DNA of 64,000 nt from NCBI GenBank assembly GCA_041661385.1, contig JBAZUP010000001.1, positions 418,560 through 482,559 of the forward strand. Reading direction: 5' to 3'. The translations under genes were made by a program, and so were the position numbers. Positions 18,772 to 28,264 of the stretch are shown here, piece by piece; the stretch's first letter is position 1; each line of letters begins with the position of its first letter. The notes beneath the pieces were generated by a model that saw nothing but the letters and a program-made list of their open reading frames with translations, searched no databases and was not told the origin of the DNA. Source of the DNA: Patescibacteria group bacterium. GTDB taxonomy: Bacteria; Patescibacteriota; Patescibacteriia; Magasanikbacterales; GWA2-37-8.

Positions 18772-18869
18772 GGTAGTATATATCAGCAGCAAAACCTGTC
18801 AAACCTTTATTTTTACACAAAAAAATCACTCCTGTGGATAAGAAGTGATTTTTGAAATTATTTGAATTA

Positions 18870-19469
18870 TTATTCCAAAATTCCGTCAAGATTTACATCG
18901 TATAAAACTTCCTCTTGAATCTGTCGGTATTTAACGATTTCAGCGGGTTTAAACCAGATTGCAATCTCTCGCTCGGCTTCAGCTGGTTGATCTGAACAAT
19001 GAATCAGATTTCTAACCGCTCTTTCACTGCCGCTCGCTAAATCATAAGAATCCAAAGTAAAATCGCCGCGAATTGTACCGACGTCTGAGGTAAGAGGCTC
19101 TGTAGCACCGACAATTTTTTTAACGATACCAACTGCCGAAGCGCCTTCCCAAACCATTGCTACAACCGGACCACAAGACATAAAATTAACCAATTGGCGA
19201 ATTATATCCTTGCCGTATTCAAGCGCTGGTTTGTCTACCGGGAGACCGGCGAGCTTGCGACCACTAATAGTTTTAGTTCCTTTCGCTTCAAACCAAACAT
19301 CATCTTTATTATAATGAACCCAGAGTCTTTCCTCGTCGGCAACAAAAAATTTCATGGCGACCAGCTTAAGACCGGTGCGTTCAAATCTTTTTATTACCTC
19401 ACCGACTAGCGAACGCTGTACGCCATCGGGTTTGATTATTACGAATGTTCGTTCTTTTTTTGGATGCAT
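18870..19469 (-). CDS. ndk: nucleoside diphosphate kinase
   Basis: ERTFVIIKPDGVQR, GTIRGDF, RNLIHCSD. Confidence 0.96.
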   Translation of the reverse strand: MHPKKERTFVIIKPDGVQRSLVGEVIKRFERTGLKLVAMKFFVADEERLWVHYNKDDVWFEAKGTKTISGRKLAGLPVDKPALEYGKDIIRQLVNFMSCGPVVAMVWEGASAVGIVKKIVGATEPLTSDVGTIRGDFTLDSYDLASGSERAVRNLIHCSDQPAEAEREIAIWFKPAEIVKYRQIQEEVLYDVNLDGILE

Positions 19470-19516
19470 AAATATATATTAAAGTAGGCCTAGTATAGCA
19501 AAACCACCCCTCCCCG

Positions 19517-19873
19517 TCAATACAAAACCGAGAATCGAAAATTTAGTTTTTTATCCTTTCGGTTTACAACCACCATCAAACTAACCGGAATAAGTCCGAC
19601 ATTTCGAAGCCCTCGGCGTGAACAATAATGTAAAATTGTTTTATGAATTTTACGGCGTTTTTCACGGGTGACCGAAAGGTCATTTGCCATTGGGCCGGCC
19701 GAACGGGTTTTAACTTCAACAAAATAAAAATCGCTGTCTTTTTTGGCAACGATATCTATTTCTCCAACCGAAGCATTATAATTATTTTCAATAACCTGAA
19801 ATCCTTGTCGAACCAGAAATTTTGCGGCTTGTTCTTCGCCCCATTTACCGATCCCAGCGACTACCCTCCCCAT
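19517..19873 (-). CDS. YraN family endonuclease-like protein
   Basis: GKWGEEQA, GEIDIVA, FVEVKTR. Confidence 0.9.
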   Translation of the reverse strand: MGRVVAGIGKWGEEQAAKFLVRQGFQVIENNYNASVGEIDIVAKKDSDFYFVEVKTRSAGPMANDLSVTREKRRKIHKTILHYCSRRGLRNVGLIPVSLMVVVNRKDKKLNFRFSVLY

Positions 19874-19887
19874 AGCAAAATATTTTT

Positions 19888-20283
19888 TTACGGAAGATAT
19901 TTTTCAATACGGGCTTTTTCGGCCTGTTCTGCCTTTACTTTCGGCACGCGCAAAATAACATATTTTAAAATAACACCAAGCCAAATGACAAATACCACAC
20001 CCCAAGCAAGAAACCAAACTCTATAACCCAACAGAGGCACGCTTTGCTGGCGGAAGAAAAATAAAACTAAACCGGCAATTCCCATTGAGGAAAATAAATC
20101 ACCAAATTTATCCAAGATTTTTTTATTCACACCATTTTTTACAAATTTTTCAGCAATCAAACAACCAAGGCCCACTCCTGCCAAAACTATAAGGCTAACT
20201 AACCAAAAATAATAAACATTTCGGACAGCGATTACCGGTTGTTTGAACCAATATGTTGAATAAAACAAATTCGAGAATTTCAT
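19888..20283 (-). CDS. hypothetical membrane protein
   Basis: Three TM segments, FFRQQSVPLLG.R, C-terminal KYLP. Confidence 0.7.
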   Translation of the reverse strand: MKFSNLFYSTYWFKQPVIAVRNVYYFWLVSLIVLAGVGLGCLIAEKFVKNGVNKKILDKFGDLFSSMGIAGLVLFFFRQQSVPLLGYRVWFLAWGVVFVIWLGVILKYVILRVPKVKAEQAEKARIEKYLP

Positions 20284-20298
20284 ACTGACATTAAATAA

Positions 20299-20850
20299 TT
20301 AATACATTTTCTTAAAAATAGCGCAAAAATGATAATCTCCGACAACCACATTTTCTTGAAATGCGAGACCGGCCTTGCCGGCCGCCTCGTGTAAATCGGT
20401 CTCAGAAACCATTTGATCGGGAGTTGGACCAAGTGGTCCAAGTTTTTTTGACCAATCAACTACCACCGCATAACCATCTTTTTGAAGCAGGCGGGCCGCT
20501 TCTTTTAAAACTAACGTTTTATCTTTTACCAAAAACAGGATATTCACCATAAAACATGCATCCAAGCATTTTTCTGGAATTGGAGTTTTACCAATTGATT
20601 CAACATCAGACCAAATTGCCTGAACATTTCCGTATCCTTCGGCGCGACAGCGGCTTTTAATACTTTCTAAAATATCTTTTATAATTTCAACCGCATAGAC
20701 CACGCCTTGATCCCCGACAACTTTTGAAGCAGAAAAAACAAAATGACCAGTGCGACCACAACCTAAATCGGCTACCCGCATTCCGGGAGCTAAGTGAATT
20801 TTTTCGAATATGACTTCGGGGTTGATAAGCGCCCCACCAGAATGTGCCAT
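20299..20850 (-). CDS. class I SAM-dependent methyltransferase
   Basis: VADLGCGRTG, VYAVEI, VVVDW. Confidence 0.88.
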   Translation of the reverse strand: MAHSGGALINPEVIFEKIHLAPGMRVADLGCGRTGHFVFSASKVVGDQGVVYAVEIIKDILESIKSRCRAEGYGNVQAIWSDVESIGKTPIPEKCLDACFMVNILFLVKDKTLVLKEAARLLQKDGYAVVVDWSKKLGPLGPTPDQMVSETDLHEAAGKAGLAFQENVVVGDYHFCAIFKKMY

Positions 20851-20863
20851 GCAGTTTGTTAAA

Positions 20864-21106
20864 TTATTTAATTATCAATCTGCCGACTGTTGCTTGCATC
20901 AAGCCATCTTCCATATTAAAGATAAGCAAGAAAGCTATAAATATTCCAGCCAAACCCATAAGTTTATACATGAGCCTGCTGCCGCCTTCGGTGCCAAGGT
21001 GTGTTTCTGCCCAATCGTTGGTGCCAAAATTTTGTATTAGCCATTCGGTCTTTATGACCATGGCAAAACCAACCGCCAAGAGTAAAAAACCTATAGTATA
21101 TCGCAT
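20864..21106 (-). CDS. small hypothetical membrane protein
   Basis: Two TM helices flanking WAETHLGTEGGSRLMYKL. Confidence 0.7.
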   Translation of the reverse strand: MRYTIGFLLLAVGFAMVIKTEWLIQNFGTNDWAETHLGTEGGSRLMYKLMGLAGIFIAFLLIFNMEDGLMQATVGRLIIK

Positions 21107-21176
21107 AAATTTCTAAATAAAACTGCTAGAAATATACCATGATTACCCGAATGTGACAAGATATATTATCTATTAC

Positions 21177-21334
21177 AGATTCGAACTCGTCGCTGCGCTC
21201 CTCTCACGAAAACCTTCGGGTTTTCGTGGGCTTTCCTCAGCAAGAGAAAACTCCCGTTTTCTCCCTTTCCCGTTCAAATCTTCCTGCTACAACACAAAAC
21301 AAATACAGACCGTAAGGTCTGTATTTGTTTTGTG
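21177..21334 (-). repeat. fold-back element downstream of tRNA-Leu
   Basis: Perfect 19-bp stem (21293-21311/21316-21334), antisense copy of the T-arm (21272-21286), two hairpins, direct GTTCGAATCT copy (21177-21186). Confidence 0.7.
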
Positions 21335-21416
21335 CCCAGGAGAAGATTCGAACTTCCATTCCCTTACGGGAGCTACCACCTCAAGGTAGTGCGTCTACCA
21401 ATTTCGCCACCTGGGC
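21333..21416 (-). tRNA. tRNA-Leu (GAG), CCA not encoded
   Basis: GCCCAGGTGGCGAAATTGGTAGACGCACTACC-TTGAGGT-GGTAGCTCCCGTAAGGGAATGGAAGTTCGAATCTTCTCCTGGGCA. Confidence 0.96.
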
Positions 21417-21443
21417 ATTATCTAAATTTACTTCAGCTTATGA

Positions 21444-21504
21444 ACCAATTTCGCCCCGCCTGCAATGACTTGCGTCATAGCATGTCGGGCAGGCACCTGG
21501 GCAT
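21444..21504 (-). repeat. duplicated 5' end of tRNA-Leu interrupted by a 39-bp palindromic insert
   Basis: ACCAATTTCGC + insert (21455-21493) + CACCTGGGCAT equals 21397-21418. Confidence 0.75.
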
Positions 21505-21507
21505 GAT

Positions 21508-22272
21508 TTAAAATTTACGATCCCGTCCGACTATCATATCAATCTTGCCTTGCGCCAATCTGATCTTCACTTTAATTTCTTTAGTTTTTTTACCATCAGC
21601 CTCCACCACAAACGGTTCTTCACCGGTAATTTCCATTTCTTCGAATGGAAAAATACTTGGATCCTCATAGTTATAGCCGAAGAAGCGGGCTTTTGTCAAG
21701 GGCCGAAGGAACGCTTCTAGCTTACCATCTTGAGGGTGAACGACTTCTAAATCCTTATCTTTTTTGTTTCGTTTCCAAAAAAACGGCTGAAGATTGCATA
21801 CTATGATTTCCATCTTGTCGGACGCGGTAACCTTAAAACGTTCATCATAAGCGACACTAACCTCGGCCGGGTGAACATGCAACTGAGAGATAAAATAACG
21901 GTTGTTTACCCAACCCACGTCTAATCGCTCCTTACGGCGGCGGGACAAAACATCACAAGCCTCCACCCCAACTGGAATACCAAGAACTCCGGCGATGGTG
22001 TTGTTTCCGCCAACCGGCAAGAACCCAAAAGTACACGGAACAGTCGCCGCACGCGATAAAACCTGCCCTAAAGTGGCATCATTCCCTACCACAACAATAG
22101 TTTTTGCTCCTCTTTTTACCTCGTCCTCAATGACAGTTTTCGCATCGGTATAATTATTGATACGCAAAATTTTTCCGGCGATGCCGAAATCGGTTAAACT
22201 AATCTCCATCGCCCTAACTAGCGATGTAAATTTTTTATGACGAAGAAAATTATCGTAGATGTAGACATACAT
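21508..22272 (-). CDS. diacylglycerol/lipid kinase family protein
   Basis: IVVVGNDATL, GFLPVGGNNTIAGVLGIP, LDVGWVNNRYF, VEADG. Confidence 0.8.
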   Translation of the reverse strand: MYVYIYDNFLRHKKFTSLVRAMEISLTDFGIAGKILRINNYTDAKTVIEDEVKRGAKTIVVVGNDATLGQVLSRAATVPCTFGFLPVGGNNTIAGVLGIPVGVEACDVLSRRRKERLDVGWVNNRYFISQLHVHPAEVSVAYDERFKVTASDKMEIIVCNLQPFFWKRNKKDKDLEVVHPQDGKLEAFLRPLTKARFFGYNYEDPSIFPFEEMEITGEEPFVVEADGKKTKEIKVKIRLAQGKIDMIVGRDRKF

Positions 22273-22292
22273 AACCGGAAACTGAAAAGTGA

Positions 22293-22775
22293 CTAAGCGA
22301 GCGGAACAACCATTGTTTCATCGGATTTTTTAATTGGCATTCTTGCATTGCGCGCCGCTTTTACCTCCGCTTCTAACCCAGCCATCCAAACCTTGCCGCA
22401 AATAAGCGCGCCAGCTTCTATAATTAAAGTTTTTACTTCGATATCACCAAGCACCTTCGCGGTACCAGTGAGCTCCAAAACTTCTTTTACTTTCATGTTA
22501 CCTTTTACTTCTCCGGCAATTTTGGCACTGCCGGCACGGACGTTGGCCAAAATCTTTGCTCCCTGCTCAACCGAAAGGTGCCGACTGGTATGAACGCTTC
22601 CTGCAACCGAACCTTTTACAATGATATTTCCTTCGGAAGCAAAATCACCTTCAACATTTACCGACGGACCAACTACTGTTTCTACTTCATCATGAGCAGC
22701 AGCAGAAGCTTCGGCGGCGGCGCGATTTAACTCCAAATCGTTATTGGATCTAGTCGGGGTTTTTTGGAAAATCAT
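22293..22775 (-). CDS. bactofilin (polymer-forming cytoskeletal protein)
   Basis: TVVGPSVNVEGDF.SEGNIIVKGSVAG...IAGEVKGN...VLGDI...LIIEAGA. Confidence 0.93.
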   Translation of the reverse strand: MIFQKTPTRSNNDLELNRAAAEASAAAHDEVETVVGPSVNVEGDFASEGNIIVKGSVAGSVHTSRHLSVEQGAKILANVRAGSAKIAGEVKGNMKVKEVLELTGTAKVLGDIEVKTLIIEAGALICGKVWMAGLEAEVKAARNARMPIKKSDETMVVPLA

Positions 22776-22856
22776 ATGTAAAATTAATATTTCTTTATTT
22801 ACTAATTATAACACACCCTTTAAAAAATTAAAAACCTATCTGAGTCAAAAATGTGT

Positions 22857-24482
22857 TCATACTTGGTGAACCGGAATCCAAAAACCAAATTCACTCCCCT
22901 TGCCGAGACCCGGGCTGTGCGCCCAAACTCGGCCGTGATGCGATTCAATAAATTTGGCACAAACGAACAAACCCAAACCAGTTCCATTTACATTCACTCC
23001 TTTTACATTGTTTCCACGGTAAAATTTTTGGAAGAAATTTGCTTCATCGATCTTTTCAAAACCCAAACCTCCATCTTTAACTCTAATCGAAACCCCATCG
23101 CCTTCGCTAATCGCTTCAACTTTTATAACTCCTACATCACAATATTTAATTGCATTGTCTATAAAATTAAATACTACGTGACGAATCTTTTCTTCATCAA
23201 ATATTACTTTGGCCAACTCCGGCGCTCGGTTCCAAACCAAAGTTAAATTCTTTTGTTTGGCTTTAACATCCAGTTCCTTCACAGCGCTATCAATTACATC
23301 ATTTATATCATGCGGGGCAAAATCATATTTTGTCCTACCTTGTTCAAGACGAGTAATATCAAGGAAACTATCTACCAATTTAACTAAGTGACCGTTACTT
23401 TCGTCAATATTTTTATATACTTCAGCCGCTTCTTTGGTAACTCCGCCATAAGCGCCATCTTTCAAAAGCTCAATATAGCCATTGGTAATGGATAATGGGG
23501 TGCGAAGCTGATGCGCGGCAATGGATAAAAAGTCGGTTTTTTGACGGTCTAACTCTTTAAGCTGGATGTTAGCAGTCTGGAGCTGACTGGTAAGTGCCTG
23601 CAGACGCTCACGTTGTTCTACCTCTTTTCGGACGCTTCTTATCAATAATAGCCCCGAGCTTAAAATTAATAAAAATACAAAAAATTTATAAATTCTTATT
23701 ATTAATGTTTCTGCACTAACTACTTCAACTAATACTGGAAATGCTAAAATAAAAACCAAAACTTCCGTTGAAATAATTTTTATATCTAAAAGATGGTATT
23801 TGATAATAGCAAAGGAAGTGAGGAGAATAAATGGAAAATAAAAAACTGATCCATATACTATAAAGTGCGAATTTGAAAAAAGTGCTGGCAACAAAAAATT
23901 AAAGAATATCACTAAAATAAAGGTTATAATAGTTCCAATTAATACGAGAAACAACGCCACACGTTTGCGTTTTTCTTTGGTGGTAATTATTTTTCTTATA
24001 AAAACAATTATACTTGCCAACACAAAACCTGCAGAAAACAAACCAAATAATAAAATTGCCGGTCCGTTTTCAATTTTCGTTATAATACCGTTAGAAGAAA
24101 CTGCTATTGCTCTCTTAAAAACAGCGGGCGTTAAGGTAAGAAGGGAGACCACGACGGTAATTGGAAATAGTAATAATTTATACAATCGAGAAAATTCATA
24201 ATTTGTTTCAGGAAAAACTAAAAAAAACTGGAATAAAAAGTAGACTTGCCATAAAGCAAAAAATATTACAAGTCGCAATACCCACAAACCAATTTCCGGT
24301 ATAAAAACATGATAGCTTAGATAATTGAGCGCACCCCAGATGCTAACCATTATAATAAAAAAGAAAAACGATTTACTGGTAATACTTTTCCGATCGCTCA
24401 AAAAAACAATCGCACCTAAAAGAAGCGATACTAAGACCGTCAAACCTACAGATAACAAATCAAGATTACCTAATATATCCAT
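22857..24482 (-). CDS. sensor histidine kinase with N-terminal 7TM (HisKA_7TM-like) region
   Basis: Seven or more TM helices; H-box SIAAHQLRTPL; N-box NFIDNAIKY; G boxes DGGLG and GTGLGL. Confidence 0.93.
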   Translation of the reverse strand: MDILGNLDLLSVGLTVLVSLLLGAIVFLSDRKSITSKSFFFFIIMVSIWGALNYLSYHVFIPEIGLWVLRLVIFFALWQVYFLFQFFLVFPETNYEFSRLYKLLLFPITVVVSLLTLTPAVFKRAIAVSSNGIITKIENGPAILLFGLFSAGFVLASIIVFIRKIITTKEKRKRVALFLVLIGTIITFILVIFFNFLLPALFSNSHFIVYGSVFYFPFILLTSFAIIKYHLLDIKIISTEVLVFILAFPVLVEVVSAETLIIRIYKFFVFLLILSSGLLLIRSVRKEVEQRERLQALTSQLQTANIQLKELDRQKTDFLSIAAHQLRTPLSITNGYIELLKDGAYGGVTKEAAEVYKNIDESNGHLVKLVDSFLDITRLEQGRTKYDFAPHDINDVIDSAVKELDVKAKQKNLTLVWNRAPELAKVIFDEEKIRHVVFNFIDNAIKYCDVGVIKVEAISEGDGVSIRVKDGGLGFEKIDEANFFQKFYRGNNVKGVNVNGTGLGLFVCAKFIESHHGRVWAHSPGLGKGSEFGFWIPVHQV

Positions 24483-24488
24483 AATATA

Positions 24489-25559
24489 TTATATGGCTGA
24501 TTCATAAGAAACAGACGGCGCAAGCCGTGAAGACGTAGCGGAGGGCGGACTAGCTTTTCCAACTCTAAGAATAAACAACGTATTTTTTTTACCGGCATCG
24601 CATTGAAAACAAATATCTTGATATGAATCTTTAATCATCTGTTGCTGGCTTACACTAATTTCTTCCGTTGCTTGCCCTTTTACCCGTTGGTATAAAAATA
24701 ACACGCCAGTTATAGGATGTGCAGAAACACCTTCTGCAGTACAGGCAAGCCAGACTCGTTGTAACGACCTACCAAGGGCAATAAAATCCTCTGGAGTGTC
24801 TCTTTCGGACAAAAATGCAACAAATGACGGGCTGGCTTGAAATAATTTGGCATTATCCTCGGCAATTTTTTTGGTAATTCCCAATTTATTAATAATTTTC
24901 ATTATCGGCCAAAAACTGGCAATCCGAAAAGCTATTTCCTGAGGTTTGGGCATTTCTAATGTCTTCACATAGAGTCCACTCTTCTTTTGTTTTTCGTCTT
25001 CTTCCGACCAAATAATATGTTTAAAAAAGAAACTGTGAATTACTTTAGTAGTTAGAACCGTCATTTCATTAGTAACCGAAGCAAGGCTTATTTTTTTTAT
25101 TTTTTTCTCATCGTCTATAAATTTTACTTCAATTCCAAGCTCACTATTGGCACTTAAAATTCTATCTTTTGTTTCGGGAGGAATTGATTCATTCCTATAT
25201 GGAAGCCTGTTGGTCACCCGTTTATCGACATATTTTGCGAAAACATCAGCATTAACCCCAGGATTTGTGACAAAAGTAACAATAGCAATCAACTCATTAT
25301 GACTGCCTTTTGGAAAAAGTTTAATTTGACACTCGTAGCCATTCTCACTAGCTATAATGCAAATATTTTCAAGCAACGCCCCATGCGCAACATGAGAACC
25401 GCATTGCTTGTAATTGTAAAATGGTAAATCTTTTTCTGGGTAATTATAAACAAAAAGGTCATCATTGCTAACCGAAAAATGCCAAGGCTGCGAATTGTCC
25501 CCCGAGGGAGCATAAACAGCTTTTGCTAAAATTTTTTCAATTACCTCCCTACTAATCAT
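24489..25559 (-). CDS. nitroreductase-like flavin oxidoreductase (Acg/TyzC-like)
   Basis: APSGDNSQPWHF, GALLENI, RVTNR, LGRSLQRVWL. Confidence 0.85.
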   Translation of the reverse strand: MISREVIEKILAKAVYAPSGDNSQPWHFSVSNDDLFVYNYPEKDLPFYNYKQCGSHVAHGALLENICIIASENGYECQIKLFPKGSHNELIAIVTFVTNPGVNADVFAKYVDKRVTNRLPYRNESIPPETKDRILSANSELGIEVKFIDDEKKIKKISLASVTNEMTVLTTKVIHSFFFKHIIWSEEDEKQKKSGLYVKTLEMPKPQEIAFRIASFWPIMKIINKLGITKKIAEDNAKLFQASPSFVAFLSERDTPEDFIALGRSLQRVWLACTAEGVSAHPITGVLFLYQRVKGQATEEISVSQQQMIKDSYQDICFQCDAGKKNTLFILRVGKASPPSATSSRLAPSVSYESAI

Positions 25560-26698
25560 ATACCTATGATTTGAAGAAACTTTTTAGTGTCTTTTAACCG
25601 TCGATTTTTATTTTTAGCATAATCCGCATCCAAAACTGCCTCCAAATTTATTTCGTACCGACCAGATTTGTAATTTTTATAACCATTTACTATATTCCGT
25701 GCCAAAAAAGCCAATGCGGTACCACACAAGTTGGCGGCGGTTCCCAGCTGAGGCCAAGAATATAAAGTTTTACCGACTTCCAAAACTGACTGCTGCATGC
25801 GGGTCGTGGCTATTTCTGCGCCGGCAATCCTAGCGGCAATACGCGGCAACTCACGCGGATCGATCGTTTTTAAATCATTTGATGTAATATTCATAGCTTT
25901 ACCGTTAAAAAGCGCAAGATTTGGTTGCAGGTCATACCGCTCAATGTCGATAAAGATATTGTCACCGTTGTCGGTTGCCATAATTACTGGAATTTTTTTA
26001 ATCTTTGCAATCTCTCGAATTTTAAATTTATAAAAAGGATTGTCCATTTCTTCAATCAATAAGTCTGCTCCTTTTAAGAAACTTTCAATATTTTTTTCGC
26101 TGATACCCTCATCATACAATTCCAACTTAATATATGGGTTTAATTCATATAATTGACGGGCGACCAGATGAGACTTGTCTTCCCCGATATTTTGCACTCC
26201 GGTTCGGACGCGATTAAGATTTGAACCGGACAACACGTCTAAATCAGCAATTTTAAATCTACGAGCACCACCGTTCATGACAATCGTTGAAGCAGCGTGA
26301 CTTCCTACACTCAAGCCAGCCAAAGCAATGGTTGCCTCATAAAATGCCTTCTGCTCTTTCTTGGTTATAAGATTACAATTTCGGCCGGTACGCATTTCAA
26401 AAAAATCTACTTCTTCTAAAACATGAAAAACAACGCTTAGCCATGGGAAGAAAAACCAATTTCCGCATTGCGACAAATCAGTTTGGTTTTTTTTATAATC
26501 ACTCACGAATTTTTCAAAATCTTTTTTATATTCTTTAATAAATCTGAACTTCGGATTTCGCAATAAAAACAAATCCTCAAGCTGAGTCATATATTCGTCC
26601 TTTACAACCAGACCCGGATACTCTTTCTTTATCTCCACTAATTCCTTCTTAAGTGTCTTTTTGTCGAGCTGCCGAGGTTTAATAAAAATATTTTTCAT
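25556..26698 (-). CDS. ThiF-family adenylyltransferase (Rv1355c/MoeY-like subfamily)
   Basis: FFPW, RTGRN, GLSVGS, ADLDVLSGSNLNR, DIERYD, WPQLG. Confidence 0.88.
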   Translation of the reverse strand: MKNIFIKPRQLDKKTLKKELVEIKKEYPGLVVKDEYMTQLEDLFLLRNPKFRFIKEYKKDFEKFVSDYKKNQTDLSQCGNWFFFPWLSVVFHVLEEVDFFEMRTGRNCNLITKKEQKAFYEATIALAGLSVGSHAASTIVMNGGARRFKIADLDVLSGSNLNRVRTGVQNIGEDKSHLVARQLYELNPYIKLELYDEGISEKNIESFLKGADLLIEEMDNPFYKFKIREIAKIKKIPVIMATDNGDNIFIDIERYDLQPNLALFNGKAMNITSNDLKTIDPRELPRIAARIAGAEIATTRMQQSVLEVGKTLYSWPQLGTAANLCGTALAFLARNIVNGYKNYKSGRYEINLEAVLDADYAKNKNRRLKDTKKFLQIIGI

Positions 26699-26705
26699 AT
26701 ATTAA

Positions 26706-28256
26706 TTATGTCTTTTTTACCCATCGTTGTTTTGTGGCGGCGGCAAAATACGCAGTGTCCCCCTTCAGTCGCAAGTCCAGCTCCGGATGCGCTTTCATCT
26801 TGATGGTTTGGAAAAGGTGGTTATATTCAGAATTCTTTTTTCTAAGCGTCTCAATGATAATTTTTTGAATAAATCCTTCCATTGCTTTGTCGGGCTTGAT
26901 ATTTGTCTGTAATTCAATATGAATTAATAAACGTTGCTGTTGATCTTTTTTTAAATTTACAGTTTCCATTACAAATTTACCCGTACACAATTTACTTAAT
27001 TCCTTTGTTTCTAGTGCCATTTTTATATTTTCAGGATAAATATTCAAACCGTATAGTGTAACAGTAAAATCGGAACGGCCATATAAATACACAAAGGGTA
27101 AATGCCACATGAGTTGTCCGCCAACTAACTCACGTACTTTTTTAATATCATAACCGCCTGCTTTGAGTAATTCAATCATTTTTTCATAACTCAAAATATT
27201 TCCCCGGTCATGAATATTATACTTCAACAGCGGTATTTCTGTATTAAAAGAAGAAAAAATTAGTTCGTCATTTTCAATCTGAATATATTTAAAGAATGGA
27301 TAATACTGATTAAGTGACGGCGCATAACCTTCGCCAAATATTTTTTTACAAAGTTCCGCATTGTTTCCTACAGCTTTTCTTAATAAAATACTAAGCGGTA
27401 CCTCATGCCCCATCAGCGCTGCGTCAGCGGTACCATAAAGATTTACCGACGAGGTATAATAATTTGATTTTTTAATGCCAACTTTTTCATAAATATACGA
27501 TCTGAGGGTCTCACTTAATGATTCAGAAGCAAAAACAAACTTAATAACCTTGCTTTTCCAGTCTATTCCCCGCCTCTCCCCTTCATCCACGATATCTCTA
27601 ACAAAAGGCGGATATCCGCCTATTATTATTTGTTCAAACTCGCCGCCCATTTTTTCAACTATTCTTAAAATTTCTTCCTGGTTAATTCCTGGGGTAATAA
27701 TGGTTAGCGGCAAACCCTTTTGTGCTAAACGCATGCAACAATTTAGTGTAAAGGTGCCACCGATATAAATACCCATCGAAAAACCATTTATAAATAATGT
27801 TTTTCTTTTATTCGCACCAAGTATGTGTTTAATGAAAAACTCATAAAGATACGATGTTTCAGCTTCAACATTAAATGACCTCGGCCAGAAAAATGGTTGC
27901 CCTGATGAGCCTGAACTCGCCGAAATAATCGGCGCTTTCATTTTTCCGTCCCAGCAAAGATCAGATAATTTGTACTTTTTTAAATAATTTTCTTTATCTA
28001 CCCAGGGAACATGTTTAAGATCATCGATTTTTTTTATTTTATGATGATTTATTTTATTCTTCTTTAAGAAATCACGATATGCCGGAACCCTTTCCGCCAT
28101 TTGGTGAAATTGTTTTAAGGCCTTTTCAGCTCCGATTTTTTCATACATCGCCGGGTTATTTTCGGCAAAACCCTCAACTAAAAAATCTGAGTTCGTACTA
28201 AAAAAATCATTTAGACTTAAGCTACTATCGGAAAATAATTTTTTCTGATTAACCAT
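26706..28256 (-). CDS. phenylacetate-CoA ligase-like adenylate-forming enzyme (PaaK/CapK family)
   Basis: SSGSSGQP, FSMGIYIGG, GYPPF, YGTAD, PLLKYNIHDRG, GRSD...NIYPE. Confidence 0.88.
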   Translation of the reverse strand: MVNQKKLFSDSSLSLNDFFSTNSDFLVEGFAENNPAMYEKIGAEKALKQFHQMAERVPAYRDFLKKNKINHHKIKKIDDLKHVPWVDKENYLKKYKLSDLCWDGKMKAPIISASSGSSGQPFFWPRSFNVEAETSYLYEFFIKHILGANKRKTLFINGFSMGIYIGGTFTLNCCMRLAQKGLPLTIITPGINQEEILRIVEKMGGEFEQIIIGGYPPFVRDIVDEGERRGIDWKSKVIKFVFASESLSETLRSYIYEKVGIKKSNYYTSSVNLYGTADAALMGHEVPLSILLRKAVGNNAELCKKIFGEGYAPSLNQYYPFFKYIQIENDELIFSSFNTEIPLLKYNIHDRGNILSYEKMIELLKAGGYDIKKVRELVGGQLMWHLPFVYLYGRSDFTVTLYGLNIYPENIKMALETKELSKLCTGKFVMETVNLKKDQQQRLLIHIELQTNIKPDKAMEGFIQKIIIETLRKKNSEYNHLFQTIKMKAHPELDLRLKGDTAYFAAATKQRWVKKT

Positions 28257-28264
28257 AAAATAAT

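Noticed and set aside
21153-21389. 78-aa ORF
   Set aside because: Antisense to tRNA-Leu and its hairpin element
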